64,000 nucleotides of DNA from Octopus vulgaris (GCA_951406725.2 OX597820.1:118110001-118174000); one strand, 5' to 3'; counted from the stretch's first letter, positions 31,330 through 45,565 are shown. Notes: generated by a model from the sequence alone, not told the origin. Program-made: numbers and translations.

Positions 31330-31560
31330 ATACAATCACTAATTTTTGGAGCCCTAGGAGCAGTGAGCAAAAATCTCGAGAAGTACGCGGAACAAATAGG
31401 GGCTGCAATAAGGGTGGAGCACTTGCAGAAAAGAGCACTGCTTGGAACTGCTTGAATACTCCGGAAGGTGCTCGAAAAATAAGAGGTGTTACCTTAGTTC
31501 ATGATTAGGGAACAGTAGACACTGTAGTACATCTCCATCATTAGAAGCTATGCAAAAGCA
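31330..31560 (+). mobile_element. 3' end of an R4/Dong-type retrotransposon within (AAT)n
   Basis: IFGALGAVSKNLEKYAEQIGAAIRVEHLQKRALLGTA*ILRKVL, then UTR and (AAT)n. Confidence 0.75.
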
Positions 31561-31584
31561 ATAATAATAATAATAATAATAATG

Positions 31585-31657
<73 letters not shown>

Positions 31658-31680
31658 TGATGATGATGATGATGATGATG

Positions 31681-31756
<76 letters not shown>

Positions 31757-31770
31757 TGATGATGATGATG

Positions 31771-31825
<55 letters not shown>

Positions 31826-31990
31826 GCACTACTAGGCACTGCACACGCACTACTAGGTACTGCACACATCCTACGCAGAACACCTTTCAAACAATAACCA
31901 TCAGAGCATCACAATATATCACAGCACATACCCAAGGCACACAGAGCTGCGCTCGGTAGTGAAGTGAAAGCACACTATAAAAAATATACT
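31826..31990 (+). mobile_element. Second R4/Dong-type 3' end within (AAT)n
   Basis: ALLGTAH duplicated, then ILRRT; UTR followed by (AAT)n. Confidence 0.7.
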
Positions 31991-32015
31991 ACTGATAATA
32001 ATGATAATAATAATG

Positions 32016-32105
<90 letters not shown>

Positions 32106-32579
32106 TGATAAGGATAAAAATATATATGATAATGATAATTGGCCTCTAGATTTAGGTCAATTCTATGTGTCCTTCCTTATTTCTCCATTACGTTGTGATT
32201 TGTGCAAGAAGTTGTCTTCTATTTGTGACATGTCGATCAACCACACAGACATTTTCATTGGCTCCAATTATTATTGTTGTTGTTGTTTAGTCCAGAGCAC
32301 CATAAATGAAACAGGTATATGTTCACAAGCATTCTGACCGTGGCCACTGCGTCAGTCCTTTGAGCAGTAAATCCTTGGCTATTTTATTCGAAATCCCTTT
32401 TGTAATATGTGATTTCGGGGAGATTTGACAGCCAGTTTTAGTAGGTCGAACAACCTCTTAGTGTTGCTCTCATTGGCTCCATTGACTCGTTGCTTGATAA
32501 GATTAGTAACACTACTAAAGACACTGATGTTGGTAGTAATATAGGTACTTTTCAGACGCTGGCCAGCTCTTATATAACA

Positions 32580-32848
32580 GAGCTGTGCTAAGTTACGGGG
32601 ACGTAAACACACCAGCATCGGTTGTCAAGCGGTGGCTGGAGACAAACAGAGACATATATATATATATATATATACATGCACATACGACAGGCTTCTTTCA
32701 GTTTCCCTCAACCAAATCCACTCACAAGGCTTTGGTCAACCCGAGGCTACAGTAGAAGACACTTGTCCAAGATGCCATACAGTGGGACTGAACCAGGAAC
32801 CATGTGGTTGGGAAGCAAGCATTTTATTACACAGCCACGCCTGCGCCT
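32580..32848 (-). mobile_element. SINE family B copy (partial)
   Basis: Homology to family B. Confidence 0.85.
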
Positions 32849-33269
32849 ACACACACACGCACACACGCACACACACACATATATGTATGTATATGTGTGT
32901 TGAAAAGGTTAAGAGGTTTCATTTGAATAAATGCATATTAAAAGCAAAAAGAATCAAATGCTTTGAGAATGTTATTATGCATAAAAGAAAGAAAATATTT
33001 GCATGTTTATCAAAATATGCAACCGGTTTCAATCGTTTTGAAAGTATATTTAGTCATGCTGAATTTTGTAATAAAAGCATGTGAAATTCCAGAACTGATA
33101 TGAAAGATTAATTTAATTTATTTCAGTTTTTTCCCTTCTTTTCCAGCATGACCAAATTGTCTGGTAAAAGGATTGAAGCATATTTTGATTAAAATGTAAT
33201 TATTTCCTTTATTTTAGACGACAAAACTCTCAAAGCATTTTCTTCTTTTTGTTTATTTAATATATATAC

Positions 33270-33846
33270 ATACACACACTATCTCACACATACACACACT
33301 ATCACACAAACATATAAACACTATCATAGATACATGCATACACTATCACACACACATACACACACTATCTCACACGCATAAAAACACTTTCACACACACA
33401 TACATACACTATCTCACACACTATCACACAAACATACACACACTATCATACACACATGCATACACTATCACACACACATACACACACTATCTCACACACA
33501 TAAACACACTTTCACACACACATACATACACTATCTCACACACTATCACACAAACATACACACACTATCATACACACATGCATACACTATCACACACACA
33601 TACACACACTATCTCACACACATAAACACACTATCACACACATATACATACACTATTACACACACTATCACACACTATCTCTCACACGTAAACACACTAT
33701 CACACACACATACACACACTATCTCACACACATACACACACTATCTCTCACACATAAACACACTATCACACACACATACATACATACACTATCTCACACA
33801 CATACACACACTATCACACACACTATCACACACATATACACACACA
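33270..33846. repeat. CA-rich minisatellite (cactat-punctuated ~20-bp subunits, ~122-bp higher-order repeat)
   Basis: atcacacaaacat recurs at 33301, 33423 and 33545. Confidence 0.85.
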
Positions 33847-34295
33847 TTGGTTAAAAAGAATGCAATACAGCTTGGATTCTTTCATAAGCCATCCGGGATG
33901 TTATAAATGTTGGACGTGGTGTTGTTTTTGTGAACTACACAAGCTTGGTGACACGAAAGCGAGTTTGCTACTAGCATTTTGTGATTTCTCTCTTAAAGAT
34001 AACATCAAAAATTGTTGAATTTAATCGAATATTTATCAGTGATAAACTGGAGGCGATTAAACCGAACATACGCTCCTTAATTTATTTTTTGCTGTTGCAA
34101 CGAAAGAAAGAAAAAAAACTCGACAACGAATCAATGAGGCGATTCTGTTGTAACATGAACTGAGATGTTTATTCATAAATTGAACTTCAACGAAAACATT
34201 TTTTTTACGAGGCAGCAATATTACTGTTTTATTTGTATTTTCCTGAAATTACAATTTTGAACGCTGTAAATTAAATGTTATGAATATATAATATA

Positions 34296-34693
34296 CTAGC
34301 AGTATCGCCCGGCGTTGCCCGGGTTTGTTTCGGCCCTTTAGAATTAGAATTTTTGAAAAGTAAAAATTTTGCATTATGTAGCTTGTTATTCTATTTAAGT
34401 GAACATTTTTCTGGTTGAAATACACCGAAAAATGGCGACAGAGCAGTAAAAAAATCGTAAAAAATAGGGATTTTCATAGAAAAAAAGCAACTTTTTGATG
34501 TAAATAATTTTTGGTGTTAACATCGTTCGATTTGAACTTTTTCTTCTACGGAAGGAAGAGCAAGCCTTCTATCATACTCTCAATTTTGGCCAACTTGCGC
34601 CGCAGGGTCTCGGAGGAGATGGTGTTAGTTGAAGGCTACTAAACCTGCCATACACAGACAACTTCAGCTTTATATATATATAATATATATAGA
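34296..34693 (-). mobile_element. Non-autonomous Helitron
   Basis: Minus strand 5'-TC ... hairpin cccgggcaacgccggg ... CTAG-3', inserted between A and T. Confidence 0.8.
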
Positions 34694-35068
34694 TTTTTAC
34701 ATTTCAAGATCATAGAGTCTCGTGTTACGGCAACTTCTCGGTTGTATTTTTTCTACTACATTCCGGTGAGGTTTACTGCAAACAAGGTACCGAACTGGGA
34801 GAACCGTTAGTACACCGGAGAGAACGCTTAGTAGCATTTCGTTCGTTTTTATGTTCTGAGCCCAAATTCCGCGAGATCGACTTTGCAGTTCGTTCTCCAG
34901 GGATTGATGAAATAACTGATCAAATATTCAGGTCGATATAATCGACTTCTGCCTCCCCTCAAAAACTGATGTCTTTGTGCCAGAATTTGAAATCCTTTTA
35001 CATTCAAACTTTACAGTGTTCCTACGATAAGGAATTATATACATACAAGCACACACACACACACACGC

Positions 35069-35111
<43 letters not shown>

Positions 35112-35505
35112 CACACACAAACACACACAAACACACACAAACATACACACACAAAAACATACACACACAAACACACGCGCGCGCGCACACACACGCACAC
35201 AGACACACACACACACAAACATACACACACAAAAGCATACACACACAAACACACACGCGCACGCACACAAACATACACACACACACACACACACACACGC
35301 ATATACACACACACAAGTATGTATATTTACTGCGATCCCACGATAGATTACCTTTTACTAAACTTCAAATTTGTTGCCTGCATTTCAATGCTTCGTATGA
35401 ACACAGACATAACAGAAGTAAATACACAACCTTATAATCATTAACATTTATTTAAATCTGAAATTACACATTCAAATTATTCATTAATTATTATAGTGTG
35501 AATAT

Positions 35506-36630
35506 CTAATATTTAGTAGACAGACCCTTTTCATCTTTCAATGCAAGCACCCGATTAGGCATCTTACTGATCAGATGACGAATATTCTCTTGCGGAATTT
35601 CTTGCCAAGTTTTATGTGGTAATCTCAAAAGATCTGGCTTTGAAGATGCTTTCTTGTCCTTTGTATGAATTTTCCTGTCCATTATGTTCCAGAGGTGTTC
35701 AATAGGGCGACCGGCTTGGCCACGGAAGCTTTTTAATGCCATTCTCACCCAACGAATCTCTGGTGAATTGCGCAATCACTATTAACTGTAGAAAGCGGGA
35801 TCGCAAGGTTTTCTGCGATTTTAAGCTATGTCCACATTCAGAATGACCGACAATACGGCCTCTGTGAAATTCAAACAGTTCCAAGGCTTCTTTGTACATG
35901 ACATGATTAAACAGTCACATATAGAACCTGAGGATGCGCAATGGCCCAGTGGTTACAGCAGCGGACTCGCGGTCATAGGATCGCGGTTTCGATTCCCAGA
36001 CCGGGCGTTGTGAGTGTTTATTGAACGTGTCTGTGGAGTGCTCAGCCACTTACACGTTAATTTCACGAGCAGGCTGTTCTGTTGATCGGATCAACCGGAA
36101 CCCTCGTCGTCGTAACCGACGGAGTGCTTCTATCCTTTTCATTTTTCAATGCAAGCACCCGATTAGGCATCTTACTGATCAGATGACGGAATTTCTTGCC
36201 AAGTTTTATGTGGTAATCTCAAAAGATCTGGCTTTGAAGATGCTTTCTTGTCCTTTGTATGAAGTTTCCTGTCCATTATGTTCCAGAGGTGTTCAACAGG
36301 GTTTATATCTGGTGACCGGCTTGGCCACGGAAGCTTTTTAATGCCATTCTCACCCAACGAATCTCTGGTGAATTGCGCAATCACTTTATTAACTGTAGAA
36401 AGCGGGATCGCAAGGTTTTCTGCGATTTTAAGCTATGTCCACCTTCAGAATGACCGACAATACGGCCTCTGTGAAATCCAAACAGTTCCAAGGCTTCTTT
36501 TGTACATGACATGATTAAACAGTCACATATAGAACCTGAAATATAAAAATGTCCATTAATAAAAAAATATAAACCTTTACAAGTTAGAAGAAACATAAAA
36601 GGATGTTTTATGAGGTGTCTTTTTACTTCT
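35506..36630 (-). mobile_element. Two tandem internally deleted Tc1-family transposase relics
   Basis: WPSRSPDINPVEHLW, TWQEIPQE..LISKMPNRV..KG..TKY and N-terminal EFHRGRIVG; 35530-35930 is duplicated at 36140-36540; deleted SINE at 35936-36130. Confidence 0.85.
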
Positions 36631-36644
36631 CTCATGTGTGTATG

Positions 36645-36685
<41 letters not shown>

Positions 36686-36717
36686 ATCTTACATGTATAT
36701 GTACAACAATCTGTACT

Positions 36718-36920
36718 TTTTATTCTTTTATTCTTATATTTGTTTCAGTCATTTGACTGTGGCCATGCTGGAGTACCGCCTTTAGTCGAACAAATTGACC
36801 CCAAGACTTATTCTTTGTAAGCCTAGTACTTATTCTATCGGTATCTTTTGCCGAACCGCTAAGTTACGGGGACGTAGACAGACCAGCATCGGTTGTCAAG
36901 CGATGGTGGTGGTGGGGTGA

Positions 36921-36991
<71 letters not shown>

Positions 36992-37166
36992 ACATACATA
37001 CATATACGACGGGCTTCTTTCAGTTTCCGTCTACCAAATCCACTCACAAGGCTTTGGTCAGCCTGGGGCTATAGTAGAAAACACTTGCCCAAGGTGCCAC
37101 GCAGTGGGACTGAATCCGGAACCATGTGGTTGGTATGCAAGCTACTTACCACACAGCCACTCCTGC
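36718..37166 (-). mobile_element. Full-length SINE family B
   Basis: Homology to family B. Confidence 0.9.
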
Positions 37167-37347
37167 AACTAAAAGATATTTATCACTGCCCAGTATTGTA
37201 TATAACAATATAATGTTGAATTTTGTAGCAATGCAGTGGATGTAGGCATGTGAACAGAGCCATTGATTTACGGCTGAAGCAATCTCACTCTATTTACACC
37301 AGAATGTCACAAACGGATTATCCCACCCACTTTTGTTTTAAGTCATT

Positions 37348-37507
37348 CTTTTCTACTCTAGGCACAAGGCCCGAAATTTTTGGGGTGGGGGCCAGTCGAC
37401 CAGATCGGCCTCAATACTCCACTGGTACTTAATTTATTGACCCCGAAAGGATGAAAGGCAAAGTCGACCTCGGCGGAATTTGAGCTCAGAACGTAAAGAC
37501 CGACGAA
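37348..37507 (-). mobile_element. SINE family A (partial)
   Basis: Family A core. Confidence 0.85.
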
Positions 37508-38633
37508 TTTATTACCGAGTTACAAGCAGCGTAGTGAAGGCGTGTGGTTTAGATGTTTGGGTGTTGTACTCAAAATGGGCGATGTATTGTTCCCTTGGGC
37601 AAAACGCTTCCTTTCACATTTTTCCATTCGTCTCAGCTCTAAATAACTAACCCTGTGACCGACTGGCTTCTTGTTCAGTGGAACTATAGTGATCTCTGTC
37701 ACTTATACGCATTGGAAACCGGGTGACCGGCACTATGAGACAGTACTTTACTTCTCGAGAATACTGTAGTGCACAGGCTAACATTGGAAATGAATTAATT
37801 CTGTGAGACAGTGTTAACCACCAATAGAAGCCACTTTATTGAAGCTTCTGACGTCGATGTTAAAATCAGGAAGTCGAAAATTTGATTTACCTTTACGGAC
37901 AAATCTGAAAACTTACAAATGTCTAATTCGCAAGGAATATATGATTTATATAACCATCCATCTGTTACACTTAATGTACATACACTTTTGATAGGCCAGT
38001 TACTGCAGTACTTGTTCTGAGATTACATTTATTATTGACCTGCAGTATTAAAAACACAATTAATATCGCCTATCAACGGTGTATATATATTAATTATGAT
38101 ATATGGGGGATTATTTTAGTTTAATACTACCGCAATTGCGTATATCGGATATAGTATATAATATATTTACATAAAACCTTTTCTAAAAGAGAGATGTAGG
38201 CATGGGTGCGTGGCTAAGAAGTTCGCTACGTGTGGTTTCTGGTTCGGTCTCTTTGTGCGGTACCTTGGGCAAATGCTTTCTATCACAGAAGCGGGCCAAG
38301 CAATCCCTTGTGAGTGAATGTCATAAACGGGTAATGTGCAGACGCGGGTTGTGTGCGTTTTGTTGTGTGTATATATATATATATATGTACAAATAAGAAA
38401 ATGGAGGAACAAATTCATTTCAATCATAACTTACCATTTCATATTATTTATTAACTATATAAATAAGAACATCAAAATCGAACAAAACAATATACATCAA
38501 TATGCAAATTAATAATACCATAAGAATAATACAAAAAGATGCTCCTTACAGCTGTTTCAGCCCTTAGATAAAAGCATCTCATTCTGTCTATCCCATAGTG
38601 GGTTACCCTCATAACCCCTATCTTACTTGGTAC

Positions 38634-38780
<147 letters not shown>

Positions 38781-39269
38781 AGAGAGAACGTGTAAGCGTT
38801 GTGTGTGTTTTTGCGTTTGTCTCCCAACCGATTGACAACTGGTATTGGTTTGTTTACGTTCCGGTTCGAGTTGATTTAGTTTGGCAAAAGGGTCCGATAG
38901 AATAAGTACAAGACTTAAAAAAAGAATTGGGTTCGATTTAATGACTAAAGCAATTAAGACAGGGCTCCAGCATTGCCGTAGTCTAACGACTGAAACGAGT
39001 AAAAGAGTAGATAGGTCAGTTGATGACCTCAACGATAACTGGTAACCCAGCGCAAAACTTGTGTCCTCTGGATTCAGAATGAAGATTGTGGGATTGTAAT
39101 TTTCTCGTCATCAAACCATCTAAACGACCAAACTGTCCTGTATTCAAGAACAAGGGCACAACACGACTCCGTTCAAGTGTCAAGTGATTGCCACGACGAA
39201 CATTTGACATTTCCACATGTGTTTCTTGTCTATCATTAATTATAAAGGATCCTTTTTATATATAATATA

Positions 39270-39327
<58 letters not shown>

Positions 39328-39345
39328 GAGCTAATCTTATTATAA

Positions 39346-39369
<24 letters not shown>

Positions 39370-39378
<9 letters not shown>

Positions 39379-39790
39379 TAAGGGTAGAAATTGATATTTA
39401 TCAATTAAGACCAGTGGTCTAGCATATTAAAAAAGAATCCGAAGATTAAAATATTTATATATACCAATTAAGGACTGAACACGAAAAGTGGACAGTCAAC
39501 ATGCTAGATATAGACGTCAAATCGTCATTCACCACAAAAGATTATGTTCTCAGATCAAACTCAACACAAAACCATAGCAATAAACAAGTGAAAAATATAC
39601 GAAATAAAATAATTACCCATGTACTAAGTTAGTACATGGGTAATTATTTTATTTCGTATATTTTTCACTTGTTTATTGCTATGGTTTTGTGTTGAGTTTG
39701 ATCTGAGAACATAATCTTTTGTGGTGAATGACGATTTGACGTCTATATCTAGCATGTTGACTGTCCACTTTTCGTGTTCAGTCCTTAATT

Positions 39791-39800
<10 letters not shown>
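39370..39800. mobile_element. PLE-type terminal fragment with a 345-bp palindrome
   Basis: Arms 39456-39627 and 39629-39800 around G39628; homologous element at 49964-50250. Confidence 0.75.
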
Positions 39801-39835
<35 letters not shown>

Positions 39836-39925
39836 TTTATTTAAAGCAGCAGAAAATTCAACTCAGAGTAACAGGTATTTGAGTACTCTTTTTTCCACCT
39901 TGTTTCCTATTTATGTGTTTACTCC

Positions 39926-39994
<69 letters not shown>

Positions 39995-39996
<2 letters not shown>

Positions 39997-40297
39997 GCGC
40001 AATGGCCCAATGGTTAGGGTAGCGGACTCGCGGTCGTAGGATCACGGTTTTGAATCCCAGACCGGGCGTTGTGAGTGTTTATTGAGCGAAAACACCTAAA
40101 ACTCCACGATCTCCGGCAGGGGGTGGTGGCGATCCCTGCTGTACTCTTTCGCCACAACTTTCTCTGACTCTTTCTTCTGTTGGCCTGCTCGCTTAGCCAA
40201 CGGGGTGGCGTCATTTGAAGGCTAAAACAATGCGAAGCGCATTGTGACCAGCGATGTGTAACAACATCTGATAGCCTGGTCGGTCACGGTGACGGTG

Positions 40298-40300
<3 letters not shown>
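39995..40300 (+). mobile_element. tRNA-derived SINE family D (tail Y)
   Basis: ggcgcaatggcccaatggttaggg A-box, ggttttgaatccc B-box; inverted tail copy at 40566-40672. Confidence 0.85.
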
Positions 40301-40356
<56 letters not shown>

Positions 40357-40522
40357 CAAAATAAGCAACAAGGATACCCAGAGGCTGCATTAACTCTGGA
40401 TATCCCTGTTGCTTATTTCGATTGTAATAACCCCATTTTAAATTATATGGATAACAACATACCAAATTCTGGTGCCTTTAACTTAAGTACCATATTCAAC
40501 TTAATCTAAATTTTACTGAACT

Positions 40523-40573
<51 letters not shown>

Positions 40574-40690
40574 ACACGTGACCGACCAGGCCATCAGATG
40601 TTGCTACACATCGCTGGTCACAATGCGCTTCGCATTGTTTTAGCCTTTAAATGATGCCACCCCGCTGGCTAAGAAAACATACATACATAC

Positions 40691-40755
<65 letters not shown>

Positions 40756-41052
40756 TATATATAAATATATATATATATATATGTGATAATAAAAGGAATT
40801 TTGTGTTAAACTGAAGGATTGCTAAATACTTCTTGTAAAGTGTAAAGTTTATTATTCTCCGACAAGAATAGTATTACTTGTAACTTCGAAGTTCCGACCA
40901 GTTAACCCAGAAACTTTTAGCTCAGTCCGGTGATAGCTGAACTGGCGAAACTTTCAAGGTTGCTGTCAGTACTATTTTTGTTAATAATATTAATAATGAT
41001 GATGATGAGGACGATGATGATGATGATGATGATGATAATAGTAATAATGATG

Positions 41053-41100
<48 letters not shown>

Positions 41101-41101
41101 G

Positions 41102-41220
<119 letters not shown>

Positions 41221-42416
41221 GCAAAAACATACACACACCCTGCCTCACACGCTCTCCTTCTCACACTTACTCTCTCCTTGTCACACTTACTCTCTCCCTC
41301 TCACACTTACTCTCTCCCTTTCTCTCCCTCGCACGGACACACACGCTCTTACATGCACACACAGCTTTGCTCACGCAACATTTGCGGATTCTCCCGAAAA
41401 TAACCAATGAAACGTTATACTTTATTTTTCTATTGGCTTCTTGTAAAACCCTCCATCTTAACTTTTTCAGATCCGGTTGTTTACCAGGAAAGACCGTCGG
41501 CCAGAAGAGGAAGCACCAAAATGGAAGATAAGTGGCTAAATGCAGACGGCTGACTATTTTAGTGAAGGAATTAAGCCTGCAAATTAAAGCATTCGTTCCT
41601 CTAACGCGACAGGATCACCTCAGTCGGAATTCCGGCCATTTTCGAATGATATTTAGTTTTCTTCGCTGTCTATTTTCCTTTCTCTAAATGCACGCAACTC
41701 AAATGTCTAAAAATGTCTGAATAGAAATAAAGGCGGGGGAGGGGGGCGGAATAAAGCGAAAACCAAAAACAAAATAAAATTAAGAATAACAACAACAACA
41801 ATAATAAGAAGAACAAAAACACATTTACAGCAACAACAATAACAACAGCAACAATGCTATGATAACAATAGTAACAATATTCTGTAATGGCTTTCCCCAC
41901 TGACAGATCTTGACAATTCTTCCGCTGAAATAAAAAAAAATACAATTTCCCCTCGGCCTTTGTTGTCGCAAAACTATAATGTATAGCCTTACATATACAT
42001 ACATACATACATACATAATACATACATACATACATACATACATACATACATACATACATACATACATACATACATGCATACATACATACGTACATACATA
42101 CATACATACATACATACATACGTACATACATACATACATACGTACGTACGTACATACATACATACGTACGTACGTACATACATCCATATACAGTTACAGA
42201 TACGCATTCGCACGTACGCGTGTATATCACATATCATTTATGTATATATGTATGTGTGTATGTGTGTGTATGTGTGTGCCTGTGCACGTGAACTCATTAG
42301 CAGACATCAACATATACGCACACCAACACAGATATATATACTCAGAGCGACAAACGACAAGAATAGGTATGTATTAAATATATATTATAGTTATATGTTT
42401 TCTCATATACACTCAT

Positions 42417-42458
<42 letters not shown>

Positions 42459-42587
42459 GCACACAAACATAGACGTGCATACGTACGTACGTATTTATGC
42501 ATGTATGTATATATATATATATATATACACATATATATATATACATATATATATACATATACACACATATATATGTATGTATGTATG

Positions 42588-42636
<49 letters not shown>

Positions 42637-42639
<3 letters not shown>

Positions 42640-43392
42640 CGTAGGAGTGGCTGTGTGGTAAGTAGCTTGCTAACCAACCACATGGTTCCGGGTTCAGTCC
42701 CACTGTGCGGCACCTTGGGCAAGTGTCTTCTACTACAGCCTTGGGCCGACCAAAGCCTTGTGACTGGATTTGGTAGACGGAAACTGAAAGAAGCCCGTCG
42801 TATATATGTATATCTCTCTATATATAAACGGCAGTTTGTCTGTGCGTGTTTCTGTGTGTCTGTTTGCTTGTACCCTCACCCTGACCACGGCTTTCAACCG
42901 ATTCTGATGAAACTTGACACACACATAGCCCAATGTCATAATTCAAAACTAACGCAGCCAAAATTTTGAAAAGTTCCCCCAGTTCTGAAAAATCGATAAA
43001 TTCGACATGGGGTCGAGAATTAGAAACACGAACCACAAACTGTCTAGGGGACGCAACTCCATCCTTTTTTAACTCTCAAAAAAATTTACCATCATTTTTT
43101 TCCATTTTTTTGCTATTTTTTGGCTATAACTCTCTAAAAATGCTTTATAGTTATTTCCCTTACAAACCTGAGCAACGCCGGGCGATACTGCTAGTATATA
43201 TATATATATATCTGTATGTATATGTGTTTGTGTGTATTTACGATGCTGGTGTGTTTACGTTGCCGTAACTTAGCGGTTCGGCAAAAGAGACCGATAGAAT
43301 AAGTACTAGGCTTACGAAGAATAAGTCCTGGGGTCGATTTGCTCGACTAAAAAGGCAGTGCTCCAGCATGGCCACAGTCAAATGACTGAAAC
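42637..43392 (+). mobile_element. SINE family B interrupted by a Helitron
   Basis: Head 42637-42805, tail 43235-43392. Confidence 0.88.
42813..43194 (+). mobile_element. Non-autonomous Helitron
   Basis: A|TC ... cctgagcaacgccggg hairpin ... CTAG|T; 3' end nearly identical to that of 34296-34693. Confidence 0.85.
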
Positions 43393-43434
43393 AAGTAAAA
43401 GAGTAAAAGAGTAATATATATATATATATATATT

Positions 43435-43987
43435 AATAATAATAAATATAAGGGTAGCAAAAAATTTTCCGCTACCAGCGGTCCAGTGAGAAGGAAAAGA
43501 TAGTCAAAGACTATATAATATACATTCAAGAATATAAGGAATGGCCATAATAGGACATTCGACTCACTAGAAAGAGCAGCCAAACTTTTTCTAGAATTTT
43601 TTGCTACCCTTATATTTATTAATTAATGATTTTTTGGCTAATTTTAAAATTAAATCAGCAAGTTTATATTTGCTGCTGAGAAGACCGCGCGATTGCGGTA
43701 AATTTTGAAAATTTATAGCATATAGACTTGAGGCTTCCTTACCATCGATTCGTGGATATATACTCGTCGTTGGCTTCTCTGCTGACGAGGCACGCCAGTT
43801 GTAAATAAATTTAATTTAATTTAATTAATTTGTTTACTAAAGTTTGCCGAAACTATGCATAGTCCAGAGATGAAAGGGTAAACGTTTTTATTTCTCTTTC
43901 AATTTCAGAATTACAACTATTAGCGGTTTGGCTGCTCTTTCTAGTGAGTCGAATGTCCTATTATGGCCATTCCTTATATTTTGAATG

Positions 43988-43997
<10 letters not shown>
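43435..43997 (+). mobile_element. Non-coding double-HHR element with an inverted partial copy
   Basis: 43510-43585 inverted at 43926-43997; 43440-43465 inverted at 43595-43620; HHRs at 43671-43720 (decayed) and 43776-43870; (TA)n flanks. Confidence 0.8.
43776..43870 (+). ncRNA. Intact type I hammerhead ribozyme with extended stem II
   Basis: Stem I TCTCTG/CAGAGA, CTGACGA, stem II GGCA/TGCC plus AT-rich extension, GAAA, stem III ACTA-TGCA-TAGT, GUC triplet; cleavage after 43864. Confidence 0.92.
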
Positions 43998-44069
<72 letters not shown>

Positions 44070-45565
44070 CTTCTCTGCCTAAATAGTAAAAAGAAGGCAG
44101 ATATGTGAGGAAGAGCAGGACCTAAGACACTTTAATTGTTTCCACCTCTTCTAAGACTGTGAGATGAAGAGAAGAAAATATCCTCAAACTGAGGATACCT
44201 GCAACGAAGAGAACTCCCCGAAACCTCTTCCTCCCCGAAGAACCAGGTGGTGGTGTTAAACCGGGCGACGCCTTAAATCTATCATTACATCTCTCACCGA
44301 AGAATACAGAACCCGTGAGCCAGAACTTATTCCAGAAGACATCACATAGGATGGTTTAACAAACCATCCAATCCAACATCCTGGCTTGTATTTTATTTCA
44401 GTCGAATTCAACCATACGAAAGGCTAAGGTGACCTCGGCGGGATTTGAATTCAGAAAGGAGAGAAACAGACAAATATCACAAAATATTTTGTTTACTTTA
44501 ACGAATTGCGCAAGTCCTGGGGAAAAAAGAACAACAAAAACAAAACAAGACATATCGTGAACAGAAATCGAAGAAGTATATATAAAACGTTCATAGGTAT
44601 TTAGACGGCTTTGTGTCCTATTCTTATGCAATTCTTTTCATTAATTCAGACATTAATCCACCTCAAAAAGCTTTCTATCTACTTATGTATGTTATCTTTC
44701 TTTTTCAAATATTTGAATTCGTCCTATAAAGGAGTTGGTTCTGAACAAAGACACAAAGCTCCAACGCTGGAGTTTAGATAATACCAACCAATACACTACG
44801 ACTGTATGTAAATATGGTTGTATGATGTGTGTATGTATATGTGCCGCTATGTACTTATGTAATTATATATGACGCTGAGCAGTTATGTATGTCAATACAT
44901 ACATACATACATACATACATACATACATACATACATACATACATACATACATACATACATACATGCATACATACATACATACAGACATAATGTATACATA
45001 CATACGTGTGTAGACACATACATACATAAATAGACACATAAATACACACATACATATATACACAGATACATACATACTTACATAGATACTTACATACATA
45101 TATACATACATACATACATGCATGCATGCATACATACATACATACATGCATGCATACATACATACATTCATACATACATACATACGTGCGTAGATAGACA
45201 CATATATATATATATGTATGTTTCTATGTATCTAACCATCTGTTTCCGTATCCATCCACTGATCTATCTACTAAATCTTTTTATATAATACATAAACTCA
45301 TACACATTCTCACCCACCACACGAACGTATGATTTTCGTTTAACTTTTGTGCGAATTGTAATTAAGCGAAAACTTAGTCGATACTGGTAGGTAGTGTGGA
45401 ATGATAAAACAATATTTATTTAAAGGTTCGTTTTCATGAGTCAGTATTCGAAGTTTCTCCTTCCCTTTCTCCGGGCACCCGACGAACAGGAAGGAGAAAC
45501 TCCGAGAGGCAACATACGCAGACTCAAAATTGAAACGAATGAATGAATAAATAATATATATATAT

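Noticed and set aside
40806-40905. Long-stem HHR-like fold (TTAAA-CTGAAGG...GAAGTTCCGACCA-GTTAA)
   Set aside because: A hairpin is present but at least three core positions deviate; not supportable without a family consensus.
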